From: Patescibacteria group bacterium | Lineage (GTDB): Bacteria > Patescibacteriota > Dojkabacteria > GCA-002793355 | Direction of reading: 5' to 3' | DNA: 64,000 bases | Assembly: GCA_016860985.1 (NCBI GenBank) | Contig: BOKM01000001.1 | Location: forward strand, 719,462 to 783,461 | In this document: piece by piece, positions 19,206 to 29,735 of the stretch | How the letters are laid out: the number at the start of each line of letters is the position of its first letter | How positions within the stretch are numbered: the stretch's first letter is position 1 | Program-made: the position numbers and the translations under genes | The notes under the pieces: generated by a model | What the model saw: only the letters and a program-made list of their open reading frames with translations | Databases searched by the model: none | Told to the model about the DNA's origin: nothing

Positions 19206-19973
19206 ATGAAATCACTGCTCATGCTTTTATCTCAATTAGGTTTTGATGAAGCTCAGTCTCAGTTGTTCACTGAAATTGCTTCTACCGGACCGCTAACTGT
19301 TCTTGAGCTGTCACGGACAACCAACATTAAACGTACGACAGTCCATTTTCATGTAGAACAGCTTATCTCAAAGGGGTTGGTAACCGAAGGCGTACGCCGT
19401 GGAAGACGAGTACTTGTTGCTGTGAATACAGACCGCCTTGCTGAGATTGTCGAAGGGCATAAAATGCAGGTCGCCGCAATGGAAAAGTCTCTCGCACGTG
19501 TACTGCGCGATGCAACTGAAGCTGGAACGGGCGATCAGTCGTATGGTGTTGGGTTCGTGGTCGAAGATGGAGTTAATGCTTTAGAAAGAATATATAAAGA
19601 GGCGCTAGAAAGTGGTGAAGTTCTTTCATATCTTGATGTTGCAAAGCTTGATGGCCTACATGATATTCGAATGGAACACATTAACGATATTTCTCTCCGT
19701 TCCTCTTTGTATTCATTTAAGGAGCTCTTTTATGCTCGGGATCCAGGTCAGCCAGAATATGTGAAAAAATTAAAGGCGTACAAACCTTTTCAATGTATAC
19801 GTTCTTCTGTCAAATTATCTGGGAATGTCGTCAATATTCTAGTGTTCGAAAAAACAGTAGCTTTTATTGTCAGAGATACTGAATGGAAGGTCATTAGAGT
19901 AACCCAGGGCTTACTTGCTCCGTTTGTCGCAAATATGCTGGAATTGTGTATGAAACCTGTAGTGTCGAATTGA
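19206..19973 (+). CDS. TrmB-family transcriptional regulator
   Basis: N-terminal wHTH (LGFDEAQSQLFTEIASTGPLTVLELSRTTNIKRTTVHFHVEQLISKGLV) followed by a TrmB-type C-terminal domain. Confidence 0.6.
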   Translation: MKSLLMLLSQLGFDEAQSQLFTEIASTGPLTVLELSRTTNIKRTTVHFHVEQLISKGLVTEGVRRGRRVLVAVNTDRLAEIVEGHKMQVAAMEKSLARVLRDATEAGTGDQSYGVGFVVEDGVNALERIYKEALESGEVLSYLDVAKLDGLHDIRMEHINDISLRSSLYSFKELFYARDPGQPEYVKKLKAYKPFQCIRSSVKLSGNVVNILVFEKTVAFIVRDTEWKVIRVTQGLLAPFVANMLELCMKPVVSN

Positions 19974-20014
19974 AGAGGGCTGTAAAAAGTACGAAAAAGT
20001 GGTAGAATCCATTC

Positions 20015-21082
20015 ATGAAGCGTCTTTCGTTAAAACAGCTACTTGCCGGTGGCATTATTATATCTCTGAGCGTTGTAAGTATATTTGGTACTTCGTCAAT
20101 TCCTCAGTATAAAACAACAACATTACAGTCTGCAGTTGTAAAAAAAGAAGTTGATTTTACCTCCTATTGGTACCCCCAGGGGTATGCAAAAGTTGCGGTC
20201 GGTTCGTCATCTTTAGATGTAAAGCACGTTAAGGTAAAAGAAGGGGATTCGGTCGACAAAGGTGAAGTGCTTGTGCAGCTTGTTGATGATACAGAATACA
20301 ATCAGTATAAAGCGGCTCAGGCTTCATATTATGCGGCAATTAAAGCGAAAAAGAATGCCGAAGCAACCCCAATGACACCACAATCAACGATTGATACTTT
20401 ACAAGGGCAGATAAATAGTGCTTACTACCAAGTCAAGAATGCAGAGGTAAACCTCAATAGAAAAAAAGTTAAGTCCCCAATCACCGGAAAAGTAGTAGAA
20501 ATCGATATTACGGATTATTCAACAACGACAACCAGTGCATTATCTGCCTCTGTGAGTACATTGGGCAATTATATTGTGATTGCAAATGTGAAAGATGCTT
20601 CTTTTACCGCAACAGTAGGGGAACGAGATGTCGCAAAACTGAAAACTGGCATGGAAGTATCAATAACTACAAGAGTGTCTGAGAATGTGTATCGTGCAAA
20701 AATTGTAAAGATTTCGAAATCACCAGTTACTTCAACAACTGCAGATGCAGAATATCAAATTGTTGTTAAGTTTGATACGTACCCATCAGAGCTTGCCTAC
20801 GGAACCAAACTTGAAGGTGCAATTATTACAGCCAACAAAGAAGGTGCGTCAGCTGTTCAATACGATGCGCTTACAATCGACTCAGCCACAACGGGGTCTG
20901 TTTTAATTCTTAATAACGATCAAGTAACACCACGGAATGTCACTATCGGAGTGGTCGGTGACGATTCAGTTGAAGTACTTAGCGGTATTAACGAAAATGA
21001 ACAAATTGTGATTGATCAACTTCCAGATAAAAAAGTAATTACAGTGAGACCATGGCTGAAAAAGCTCTTCGGAAGCAAGTAA
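20015..21082 (+). CDS. efflux periplasmic adaptor (HlyD/MacA membrane-fusion family)
   Basis: N-terminal TM helix, lipoyl-like hairpin VKVKEGDSVDKGEVLVQL, coiled-coil and beta-barrel segments. Lies upstream of the MacB-type ABC pair. Confidence 0.7.
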   Translation: MKRLSLKQLLAGGIIISLSVVSIFGTSSIPQYKTTTLQSAVVKKEVDFTSYWYPQGYAKVAVGSSSLDVKHVKVKEGDSVDKGEVLVQLVDDTEYNQYKAAQASYYAAIKAKKNAEATPMTPQSTIDTLQGQINSAYYQVKNAEVNLNRKKVKSPITGKVVEIDITDYSTTTTSALSASVSTLGNYIVIANVKDASFTATVGERDVAKLKTGMEVSITTRVSENVYRAKIVKISKSPVTSTTADAEYQIVVKFDTYPSELAYGTKLEGAIITANKEGASAVQYDALTIDSATTGSVLILNNDQVTPRNVTIGVVGDDSVEVLSGINENEQIVIDQLPDKKVITVRPWLKKLFGSK

Positions 21083-21732
21083 TCAAAATTGAGCACCTGC
21101 ATAAATGGTACCGGAACGATGGATTGGAGTTTCATGCGCTTGATGATGTTTCTTTGCAGATCGATAAGGGCGAATTCGTTGCTATTGTAGGCCCTTCGGG
21201 AAGTGGAAAATCAACACTCATGAATGTTATCGGATGTTTAGACAGATACGAACAGGGCAACTACTTTCTTGCAGGGCAAGACGTCGCAAAACTTTCTGAT
21301 ACTGAACTTGCGCACTATCGTGGCAAGGTAATTGGTTTTGTATTCCAGTCCTTTAATTTGCTAGAAAGGTATACTGTTCTGGACAACGTAATGCTTCCTT
21401 CCTTTTACGTTCCTGTCGAAAATGCAAGAAAGCACGCGATGGAATTACTTGAAATGCTCGATATTGCAGATAAGGCTTTAAATCTTCCTTCGCAAATCTC
21501 AGGTGGACAAAAACAGCGAGTCGCAATTGCTCGTGCACTAATGACAGACCCAGAACTTATTCTTGCCGACGAGCCTACTGGTAACCTAGATTCTAAAACA
21601 GGAAAGGTTGTGCTTGAAATTTTTGAAAAACTACACCACATGGGAAAGACCCTTGTGCTGATTACACACGACGCGAATATTGCGGAATACGCTCATAGAC
21701 AGATTAAGATTCTTGACGGAAAAATAGCATGA
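21052..21732 (+). CDS. ABC transporter ATP-binding protein (MacB/LolD family)
   Basis: [25 protein letters not shown] and [11 protein letters not shown] motifs. The start is uncertain because it overlaps the adaptor gene by 31 nt. Confidence 0.85.
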   Translation: MAEKALRKQVIKIEHLHKWYRNDGLEFHALDDVSLQIDKGEFVAIVGPSGSGKSTLMNVIGCLDRYEQGNYFLAGQDVAKLSDTELAHYRGKVIGFVFQSFNLLERYTVLDNVMLPSFYVPVENARKHAMELLEMLDIADKALNLPSQISGGQKQRVAIARALMTDPELILADEPTGNLDSKTGKVVLEIFEKLHHMGKTLVLITHDANIAEYAHRQIKILDGKIA

Positions 21733-22949
21733 TTACAAAATTTGTAAAAGGCGCACTCCGTGATGTATTAGTTAATAAAGTACGATCTTTTTTGACCGTA
21801 CTCGGTATACTTATCGGCATTGCAAGTGTCACGATGATGGTAAGCATCGGTGGAAGTGCACAAGAATATATCAGCCAGAGCATTACCAGTCGGTTAGGAA
21901 AAAATCTGATTATCGTGCAACCTGGAGGGCAGAGCAATGGGAGAGGTGGAGTGAGTTTTAATTTTAGTTCAGTTCTTTCAAGCTTTACCGACGATGAATA
22001 CAATGCAGTTAAAAAGCTTGACTCGGAACAACTTGATTACGTTTCTCGTCGTTTGATTGCTTCACAAAGTGTGAGCTATGCGGGTGCAGAAGCGGACTCC
22101 TTGCTTTACGCAGTTGATCCCGAATATTTTAAAATTGTAGATATTCCTTTGGCCTCTGGTCGATATTTTCGAATTGCGGGCGACAACAACCAAGAGGTAA
22201 TTCTGGGGCAAGGTTTAGCAAAAAAGTTATTCAAATTACAAAGTCCACTTAATCGGCAAATTTCAATAGACGGAAGAGATTTCACCGTAATTGGTGTAGT
22301 CGAAGATGTCGCAGGAGCAGCGTTTGGATCGGAAACACTTGAGGTTTATATGGATATTCGAACATATAGAAATGCATTTAATAAACCTGAACGTGTAAAT
22401 GCGGTGGTTATTGCTGCAAATAACAATGCCTCAATGGACTTGGTCGAGAAGCAACTGGAGCGTGCGCTCAGAAATGCGAGAGACTTAGCACCATCAGAAG
22501 ATGCCGATTTTTCAATTACAACACAATCAGATATTATTGAAACTTCAACAACAATTCTTGGAACTGTAACTCTCTTTATCGCCGTTATTTCTGCCATCTC
22601 ACTTATTGTTGGAGGTATTGGTGTCATGAATATTATGTTGGTTTCAGTAAAAGAAAGAGTTAAGGAGATAGGTCTTAGAAAGGCGATTGGAGCAACAAAT
22701 CAGGATATACAAACGCAAATTTTAGTAGAAGCAGTACTTTTCTCTCTAATTGGTGGTTTGTTGGGAATTCTTGTTGGAGCTGCAGGAGCTTTGTTAATAG
22801 AACAAGTTGGCGGACTTCCGTTATATATTTCAACAAACGCTATTTTGACATCAATCGGAGTATCGTCTTTTGTTGGTATTGTTTTTGGATTGTATCCTGC
22901 AATTCAGGCGGGTAGGTTATCACCGATTGAGGCGTTAAGGAGTAATTAA
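21729..22949 (+). CDS. ABC transporter permease, FtsX-like / MacB permease
   Basis: N-terminal TM helix, a large periplasmic domain, then 3 C-terminal TM helices. Overlaps the ATPase gene by 4 nt. Confidence 0.8.
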   Translation: MITKFVKGALRDVLVNKVRSFLTVLGILIGIASVTMMVSIGGSAQEYISQSITSRLGKNLIIVQPGGQSNGRGGVSFNFSSVLSSFTDDEYNAVKKLDSEQLDYVSRRLIASQSVSYAGAEADSLLYAVDPEYFKIVDIPLASGRYFRIAGDNNQEVILGQGLAKKLFKLQSPLNRQISIDGRDFTVIGVVEDVAGAAFGSETLEVYMDIRTYRNAFNKPERVNAVVIAANNNASMDLVEKQLERALRNARDLAPSEDADFSITTQSDIIETSTTILGTVTLFIAVISAISLIVGGIGVMNIMLVSVKERVKEIGLRKAIGATNQDIQTQILVEAVLFSLIGGLLGILVGAAGALLIEQVGGLPLYISTNAILTSIGVSSFVGIVFGLYPAIQAGRLSPIEALRSN

Positions 22950-23010
22950 ATCTTCATCATTTGTGTTTTTGTTGTCTTGCGTCGATAGATTTGTAGGTAT
23001 ACGATTGTGT

Positions 23011-23913
23011 ATGGCAGAAAATACACAACATTTTCCTGAAAAGAAATACGCGGCCTTCGCTTTTGTTGGCGGAATGGTCGTTATTGGAGTACTTTGGTTT
23101 GGCAGTTCACTCGTATTGCCAGCAACTAGTTACCGAAACTACAGCGAAAGCAGTGGTGGGTTTTATTCAGCAATGGGAAACGTTGCTTATGATACGGTCA
23201 AAATGGCAGCTCCTGTATCTGAGGTCGTAGGAAATATGACCCAAGATCGCAAAGTGACCAATAACTATGTGAGTGTTCATGTTAAAAGTGTAAAAGATTT
23301 TCATAATACTATTACGATGTTTGTTGATTCGGTCGAAGGAAAGGTTATGAATGAATATGTAACTGTTTCTTCAGATGATCAGGCAGAATCGGGAACCATG
23401 ACTGTACTTGTTCCAAACAAAAACTCGCAGCAATTTTTTGAAGCTGCAGCAAAGGCCGCCATAAAGATTGTTGATAGGCAGGTCAATTCTTACGAAATTT
23501 CTCAAGAATATACCGACCTAGGTAGAAAGCTAGCCCAATACGAAGCAACGTACGAAAAGGTACTCAAGTACTATGACAAGGCCGTTTCTGTCGAAGAATT
23601 ACTAAAAGTACAAAATCAACTCGATCAGTTGCAACAGCAAATAGACTCTGTAAAGGGCCGAAAAATGGCTTTAGAAGAGCTCTCGAATAATACGCAATAC
23701 ACCCTCTACTCGAGCACGAATGAATACAATTTGCCATATGTTCCTCAAGGAACGTTCGAAGTCGCAAAAACCTTTAAGTTGGCTGTTCGGTCGTTAGTAC
23801 TAACGGCAGACAAAGTAGTTGCCGGAGCTATTTACGTATTGGTGTATGTACCATTTATACTCGTTCTTGGTGGAATTGCACTACTCGTAAAGAAGTATCT
23901 TGTAAAAAGATAA
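23011..23913 (+). CDS. membrane protein with coiled coil, DUF4349-like architecture
   Basis: N-terminal TM helix, a central coiled coil (LKVQNQLDQLQQQIDSVKGRKMALEEL) and a C-terminal TM helix. The family assignment is from memory of domain architecture only. Confidence 0.35.
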   Translation: MAENTQHFPEKKYAAFAFVGGMVVIGVLWFGSSLVLPATSYRNYSESSGGFYSAMGNVAYDTVKMAAPVSEVVGNMTQDRKVTNNYVSVHVKSVKDFHNTITMFVDSVEGKVMNEYVTVSSDDQAESGTMTVLVPNKNSQQFFEAAAKAAIKIVDRQVNSYEISQEYTDLGRKLAQYEATYEKVLKYYDKAVSVEELLKVQNQLDQLQQQIDSVKGRKMALEELSNNTQYTLYSSTNEYNLPYVPQGTFEVAKTFKLAVRSLVLTADKVVAGAIYVLVYVPFILVLGGIALLVKKYLVKR

Positions 23914-23920
23914 TCAGCAA

Positions 23921-24283
23921 TTATGTTTCTGTGGGCTCGGTCTCTGATGCTGGAATCTGTTTGCCGATAAGCTCAAAAACTGTTTGCTGTAACAACTGTG
24001 GCTCTTGAATGCCCATGTATTGCTTTGCAATCTGTTCTTTGTAGAAAATCAGGGTAGTGGGGATGGTAATTATGCTAAAACGCTCAGTGAGTTCTTTTTC
24101 TACATCAATATCAACAAAGCCGAATATTGCATCCTCACCACAAAGTTCAACTGCGTCGACGATTCGATCACGATACATAAGGCAGGCGACACTCCAGGGG
24201 GCTTCGAATACAACTACGACTGGTTTTTCGGTCTGATGTATTGCTTGTTCAAACCCTTCGTTTGTAAATGCTTGTGGTTCCAT
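23921..24283 (-). CDS. thioredoxin-fold protein with monothiol WSVAC active-site variant
   Basis: FEAPWSVAC...ITIPTTLIFYKEQ follows the thioredoxin pattern, but the WCGPC site is replaced by WSVAC (SxxC). Confidence 0.55.
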   Translation of the reverse strand: MEPQAFTNEGFEQAIHQTEKPVVVVFEAPWSVACLMYRDRIVDAVELCGEDAIFGFVDIDVEKELTERFSIITIPTTLIFYKEQIAKQYMGIQEPQLLQQTVFELIGKQIPASETEPTET

Positions 24284-24329
24284 ATTTAATACTAGTGATT
24301 TTTATGCCGCCTGTCTAGTATACTGTACG

Positions 24330-25550
24330 ATGCAGCGCGCGCGACGATTTGGAAAACCTCAAACAAAGAATGTGTGGACTCCACAGAAAAACGTTGATCT
24401 TAGGGGATTGCGGTCTACAGCGAACTTTGCACGAGAACGTGGAGCAAAAATAGCGGCAACAAAGGCAGCACGTTTTTTTAAAGCGCTAGTAGTTGTAGTC
24501 GTTGTCGGAGTACTTTTTATAGGAGCAATTGGGTTTGCCGGTATGATTGCGTACTCAATAAAAAGTGGCGAGGAGTTGAACTTAAAAAAACAATTTACCG
24601 AATTGGTAAAAAAAACACCGTTGAGATCATTCTTAGGTGAGCAGCCTTCAGAGCAACAGTCACTTCAGGTTATTGGTTTGCAGAATATACCTGAATATCC
24701 CGAAAGCACCTTTGTTTTTGCGGATTATGTCGAAAGAATAGGAAGTGATGGATATCAGATTAAGGAAAAAGTTTTGTCGGCAAACGACGCTCAAGCGCTT
24801 TACACATTTCTTGCAAGTGGGCAGAGTGTATATAGGTTGCCCTTGAACGCTGAGTGGGAAGATATCCAAAGCTTTTATCGAGCTAAATTGTCCGAATTAG
24901 GATGGAAGACAGAACGTTCTGTGGCAGTTTCAGAAACAGAATATATTCCTGGTGACTATTACACAAAAGATGGAAAAGGGTTGCATGTGTATTCGGTCGC
25001 TTCTGATATATGGTATGAGGTTATTACTCAAGCGCAGGCGGAACAAGGTCTGCACGATAAAATCGTTGCGTATAAGGCAAAACAGGAACTTGTTGCTGCA
25101 GCTTCTGGTAAAGACCTGCCTGTTTCGGCAGAATGGCAACTTCGGTACTCAAGGGATTGGGAGGTCGAGTTGCAAAAAAATCCAATTTTTGGTGTAAACA
25201 ATGTCATCTTTACACATGATTCATCAAAAGAGAGGTTATTCATGTTGGTCGTAGATAGATACCGTGAGAATGTTGCGGATATCACCTATAAACAGCTAGA
25301 AACCTATGGGGTTAACTATATTTCAACCTGGCTTACAACGCAGCAAACAACTGTAACATTGCAAGGTTTTACCCGCACCGAACGTGAAGTGGCCAGCATA
25401 AAGGCGATGGAGTTTAGTGACGTTAAACAATCTGCGCACTTTCTAGTACTTGTGAATCCCAAGAACAGTATGGTGTATGTATTTCAATACATTGGAAAAG
25501 AGAACCCAGAGTTTTTTGAATATGTGAAGGGAAACCTAAAAATCAGGTAA
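24330..25550 (+). CDS. hypothetical membrane-anchored protein (basic N-terminus, 1 TM, large extracytoplasmic domain)
   Basis: Long open frame; hydrophobic segment ALVVVVVVGVLFIGAIGFAGMIAY. Confidence 0.45.
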   Translation: MQRARRFGKPQTKNVWTPQKNVDLRGLRSTANFARERGAKIAATKAARFFKALVVVVVVGVLFIGAIGFAGMIAYSIKSGEELNLKKQFTELVKKTPLRSFLGEQPSEQQSLQVIGLQNIPEYPESTFVFADYVERIGSDGYQIKEKVLSANDAQALYTFLASGQSVYRLPLNAEWEDIQSFYRAKLSELGWKTERSVAVSETEYIPGDYYTKDGKGLHVYSVASDIWYEVITQAQAEQGLHDKIVAYKAKQELVAAASGKDLPVSAEWQLRYSRDWEVELQKNPIFGVNNVIFTHDSSKERLFMLVVDRYRENVADITYKQLETYGVNYISTWLTTQQTTVTLQGFTRTEREVASIKAMEFSDVKQSAHFLVLVNPKNSMVYVFQYIGKENPEFFEYVKGNLKIR

Positions 25551-25553
25551 ATG

Positions 25554-25970
25554 CTATTCTTTTTCAGCTGTAATCTCTTGGTACGCTTTTTTATCTCCGT
25601 ATTCTAAAAAGGATTCGTGATGAGTGGGAGCTTTAAAAGAAGCATCCGACTTATGCTTGATGCTGCACCAATATTTTTCAGTCTCTGCTGCGACTTGAAC
25701 TGCATAAGCGAATAAGCCATTGACGTATCCGCAATACATGCAGTTAAGCTTCTCCATAAATGTAAGATACTCGAGTTTTTGTCGGTCGATTCTTATGTAA
25801 TTTTTTCGTTTTACGTATGCGATACCATATAGTGGGAAGCAAATTGTGTGATATACCTCCAAGGTTAGGTCGAGCACTAGCGCGGGGAGAATCATGCCAT
25901 AGATAAAAGGCATTGAGAGTAAGTGGCGAATTTTTCTTTCAGGATAAAGTTTGAATTTCATAATACGCAC
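25554..25970 (-). CDS. hypothetical small membrane protein with Cys-rich segment
   Basis: 138 aa containing CMYCGYVNG...YWC; not recognised. Confidence 0.35.
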   Translation of the reverse strand: MRIMKFKLYPERKIRHLLSMPFIYGMILPALVLDLTLEVYHTICFPLYGIAYVKRKNYIRIDRQKLEYLTFMEKLNCMYCGYVNGLFAYAVQVAAETEKYWCSIKHKSDASFKAPTHHESFLEYGDKKAYQEITAEKE

Positions 25971-26041
25971 ATTCTAACAGTGAATATAAAATAAGCAACA
26001 CGGACATATGACGTGTAAGTGCGGGTAGTGTAGAATGAATA

Positions 26042-27589
26042 ATGCGACGAGTACCAGGCCCCGTGGTCCTACTAATATTAGATGGTGTTGCAAGCAACGA
26101 ACCTTACAGTGGTAATGCTGTTGCAGCTGCACGAACTCCTTTTCTTGAAAGTTTGTGGGATTCATACCCTCATGGGCTTTTGCACGCCTCTGCAGAGCAT
26201 GTTGGCTTACCTGTTAATGTCAAAGGGAATAGTGAGGTAGGTCACACGAATATTGGCGCAGGGCAGGTTGTATACCAATATCTTCCTCGAATTAACGCAG
26301 CTATCGAAAAAGGAGCTTTCTTTATGAACGATGCCTTAAAGCAAGTTGTCGAACAAACTAAAGTTAAAGGTACCTCGTTGCATATTATCGGATGTTTAAG
26401 TGATGGCAATGTTCATACTGCACTTGGGCATTTTAGGGCGATGTTGGAGTTTTGTTCCAAGCATGGTTTAAGAAAAGTTTTCGTCCACGCATCGACAGAT
26501 GGTCGTGATACTGAGCCAAAGGCTGCTTCAAAATATTTTGAACAATTAGATCAATGGCTTAAGGAACTTGGCGTAGGAAAACTAGCAACAGTGATCGGTC
26601 GACAGTATTCAATGGATAGAAATAAAACATGGGTAAGAACCAAAAAAGCGTACGATATGTTAACTCAGCATGAAGGTACCCCCATTGCACATTGGAGCGA
26701 AGCTCTCGCAAAATCTTATGCACAAAATATAACCGATGAATTTTTAGAGCCGTATATTCTAAACGACAGCGAAGTGCAAGCAGATGGGTTTATTAAAGAT
26801 GGTGATGGGGTAGTGTTCTTGAACTATCGACCTGACCGTGCGCTGCAGCTTACACAAGCGTTTGTATTGGAGGATTTTGTAGGATTTGAGCGAGTAAAAA
26901 AGCCAAAAGATTTATCGTTTGCAACAATGGTTAGGTACCAAAAAGATTTACCTACAAAAATTGCATTCCCTCCTATGGATGTAAAAATGCCACTTGGTCG
27001 AGTCGTTTCTATGGCCGGTATGCGACAACTCCGACTAACCGAGTCACAAAAATTTCCTCATGTAACGTATTTCATTAACGGTGGCGTTAATACTGTTTAC
27101 CCTGGAGAAATGCGAGTTTGTATTCCCTCACCCGATGTTCCTACATTTGATATGAAGCCTGAAATGAGTATTTACGAAATAACCGAAACATTTAAAAAGA
27201 ACCTTGATTACGGTATTTATGATTTATTCATTATGAACTTTGCAAACGGCGATATGGTTGGTCATAGTGGAGTTTTTGATGCAGGAGTTAAGGCAGTGGA
27301 GCATGTTGATACATGCGCAGCTCAAGTAGTTAAGCAGGTACTTGCACGCAATGGAGCGGTATTTGTGACTGCCGATCACGGTAACGTAGACGAAATGACC
27401 AACGAGACCACAGGCGAAATTGATACGGAGCACTCGATATATCCTGTGCCTTTTGTCAGCGTGTACAAAGGCGCAAAAAATAACTATCAGTTTCCGTTAG
27501 GTAGCCTGCAAGATATCGCCCCAACAGTATTAGATTTTCTTGGGTTAGAAATTCCATCCGATATGACAGGGAGAGTGTTAATTGATTAG
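26042..27589 (+). CDS. gpmI: 2,3-bisphosphoglycerate-independent phosphoglycerate mutase
   Basis: LLILDGV...HTNIGAGQVVYQ...IIGCLSDGNVHT...ASTDGRDT are iPGM signatures. Confidence 0.9.
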   Translation: MRRVPGPVVLLILDGVASNEPYSGNAVAAARTPFLESLWDSYPHGLLHASAEHVGLPVNVKGNSEVGHTNIGAGQVVYQYLPRINAAIEKGAFFMNDALKQVVEQTKVKGTSLHIIGCLSDGNVHTALGHFRAMLEFCSKHGLRKVFVHASTDGRDTEPKAASKYFEQLDQWLKELGVGKLATVIGRQYSMDRNKTWVRTKKAYDMLTQHEGTPIAHWSEALAKSYAQNITDEFLEPYILNDSEVQADGFIKDGDGVVFLNYRPDRALQLTQAFVLEDFVGFERVKKPKDLSFATMVRYQKDLPTKIAFPPMDVKMPLGRVVSMAGMRQLRLTESQKFPHVTYFINGGVNTVYPGEMRVCIPSPDVPTFDMKPEMSIYEITETFKKNLDYGIYDLFIMNFANGDMVGHSGVFDAGVKAVEHVDTCAAQVVKQVLARNGAVFVTADHGNVDEMTNETTGEIDTEHSIYPVPFVSVYKGAKNNYQFPLGSLQDIAPTVLDFLGLEIPSDMTGRVLID

Positions 27590-27637
27590 TTGGTCGTGTA
27601 TGATGGTTTGGATGTTTAAATTTTGTTATAATTCGGG

Positions 27638-28255
27638 ATGTTATTACACCGTCAGGTGCAGCGTAAGAGAATACAACGGCTGGTGCTTTCAACGGTAATT
27701 GTAGGTTTCATCTTTTTTTCAGTTTTTGGATATGGGCTCTATAAATGGACAAATGAGCAGGGCGAAGAGCATGTACAAATGTTGCAAACAATGGCACTTT
27801 ACACAAATGTAATTGCCACTGAATCTGAAATCGTTATTCCTGATAAATACGACGTTACGGTCGCCGATCCTCGAAAAACAGAGTTGTTTTTAAAAAAGGT
27901 CGCAGCAGTTAAGTCTTTTTTTAAGAAGTACGGCGCTCCTTTACAAAAAAATGCTGAAGATTTTGTTCGAGCTGCGGATATGTACGGGATAGATTATCGC
28001 TTGGTTCCTTCTATTTCGATGATAGAGTCAAGTGGTGGAAAGGTCCTGTTTAGGCCGTATAATCCCTTTGGATGGGGGAGATCAGGGTATCCTTCGTTTA
28101 CTGCCGCCATTTATGATGTATCAAGAGGAATGTCTCGATATTACGCTGGAGGTCTCAAACAATGTGAGCGAATTGCGTACCGCTATAATCCGGTTACCCC
28201 AGAATCGTGGGGGAGAAAATGCCGCTCTTTCACGAACCAGATGCCTGCGCTATAA
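27638..28255 (+). CDS. membrane-anchored protein with GH73-like (glucosaminidase) peptidoglycan hydrolase motifs
   Basis: N-terminal TM helix. MIESSGG...YNPFGWG...YPSFTAAIYDVSRGMS resembles the GH73 E-S-G-W-G / NNLFG / F..Y.S blocks. Confidence 0.4.
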   Translation: MLLHRQVQRKRIQRLVLSTVIVGFIFFSVFGYGLYKWTNEQGEEHVQMLQTMALYTNVIATESEIVIPDKYDVTVADPRKTELFLKKVAAVKSFFKKYGAPLQKNAEDFVRAADMYGIDYRLVPSISMIESSGGKVLFRPYNPFGWGRSGYPSFTAAIYDVSRGMSRYYAGGLKQCERIAYRYNPVTPESWGRKCRSFTNQMPAL

Positions 28256-28261
28256 TGGGGA

Positions 28262-29098
28262 ATGGAATTTGCAACACTTCTACAAAAAAGAATTGCGATT
28301 GTCGCAATATTAGGTATTAGCGCATTTATTGGCTTGGCCTGGACCGTCGGTGATGGTGTAGTGGAATATGCCTCCTGGTATGTTCGACCCGAAGGCGGCA
28401 CACAAGTGCTCGGTGAAAAAACGGAATCCCCAGCCAGTTGTCTTCCGAAAGAAACGATGGAGCAGTTTTTTATAGATACGCAAAAAACAATTACTTTATA
28501 TTCACCCGATAAAACAGTAATTTTTCCGCTAGATTCTTTAAAGTCCTGTTATGTTGCAAAAGGATGTGGGACCGAAGGGTTTACATGTAAAGAGGGAACA
28601 ATCTCACTCGATTCGGCATGTGTAGCAGCTTTTTTCAAAAAAGCACCTCTCGGAGTAGAACAAACCAAATTGGTTGCAGGAGAAACTGTAGTTGCTCAGG
28701 TTAAGGTACAAGATTGGTCGGTAAATTACGATAATCTTGCAGAACAGTTAACAAAAGCGATTGAAAATGAGATTAAATATTGCCAAGTAATAAAAGAGGA
28801 AGAGCAAACGAGACAAAATATCGGTAACTTACAATTGGTGGTTTCAGATGAACTTCCTGGTATGGTTGGTGGCGATTTTACACTACGCTTTTTAGAAGTG
28901 GATATTTCGAAAGGAAAGGGGTATTTTTGGAACGACGGAGTGTATCAGGTACTCTCAACTATTCCTGGAGCGCGCTTGCCAAAAGAAGGTATCTATACCG
29001 TTTCGTCACTTGAGCTTTCCAAATACTTTAGTAGCGCGGACCTTTCTTACATTAACCGAAACGCGCAAGGAAGCGATTACGTAGTTGTCCACAAATAG
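28262..29098 (+). CDS. hypothetical secreted or membrane-anchored protein
   Basis: Signal peptide or TM-like N-terminus with 5 Cys in the mature part; no recognised domain. Confidence 0.4.
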   Translation: MEFATLLQKRIAIVAILGISAFIGLAWTVGDGVVEYASWYVRPEGGTQVLGEKTESPASCLPKETMEQFFIDTQKTITLYSPDKTVIFPLDSLKSCYVAKGCGTEGFTCKEGTISLDSACVAAFFKKAPLGVEQTKLVAGETVVAQVKVQDWSVNYDNLAEQLTKAIENEIKYCQVIKEEEQTRQNIGNLQLVVSDELPGMVGGDFTLRFLEVDISKGKGYFWNDGVYQVLSTIPGARLPKEGIYTVSSLELSKYFSSADLSYINRNAQGSDYVVVHK

Positions 29099-29134
29099 CA
29101 TTTACGGGAATCGAGCGTAGTCACGCAAGGAATT

Positions 29135-29734
29135 CTAGAGCTTTGTCAGTACTTTTTGCCCAACAGTAATTCCGTTTTGTTGCGCACTTTTTGCGTTAAT
29201 TTCGAGCACGCTTCGGTATGGTTTTGAAGGAACATAGGTAGGGCAGGTACGTTGCTCAGGATCACTTTCTTTACAGGGGCGAACGTTTTCACGGATATCG
29301 ATAATAACGCCATTAGAATCTATAAAAAGCATGTCGAGTGGTATTTCACAATTCTTCATCCAGAAGCCATGGAAAACGTCTTGATCGTAAACAAAATACA
29401 TGCCGCTATATTGAGGAAGTGACGTTCTATACATAAGTCCGACCGCTTGCGAAGTCTGGTCTGCTGCAATTTCTGCAGTAAAGGTTATATCACCTTTTTC
29501 TGTTTGAATTGTGACTTTTGTTGATTCTGGGAGCGTTGGAACAATGGTCGTTGTTGGTGTTCCTGTAAACGAAGGAATAGCAGGGAGGGTAATACTTGGG
29601 AGTAGAGCTCCGATTGGTGAATTTTTTACTGTTTGATATTGGGTAACGACTGCATAAGCCAATGCAAGAACAAGTACAAGCGAGATGATCCAACGGGCAT
29701 TTTTGAGTAACGCAAAAAATAGTTTGAATAACAT
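29135..29734 (-). CDS. DUF192 domain protein
   Basis: AVGLMYRTSLPQYSGMYFVYDQDVFHGFWMKNCEIPLDMLFIDSNGVIIDI matches the DUF192 core (GLM.R...GMLF.F......FWMKNT.IPLD..F.D); N-terminal TM helix. Confidence 0.6.
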   Translation of the reverse strand: MLFKLFFALLKNARWIISLVLVLALAYAVVTQYQTVKNSPIGALLPSITLPAIPSFTGTPTTTIVPTLPESTKVTIQTEKGDITFTAEIAADQTSQAVGLMYRTSLPQYSGMYFVYDQDVFHGFWMKNCEIPLDMLFIDSNGVIIDIRENVRPCKESDPEQRTCPTYVPSKPYRSVLEINAKSAQQNGITVGQKVLTKL

Positions 29735-29735
29735 G

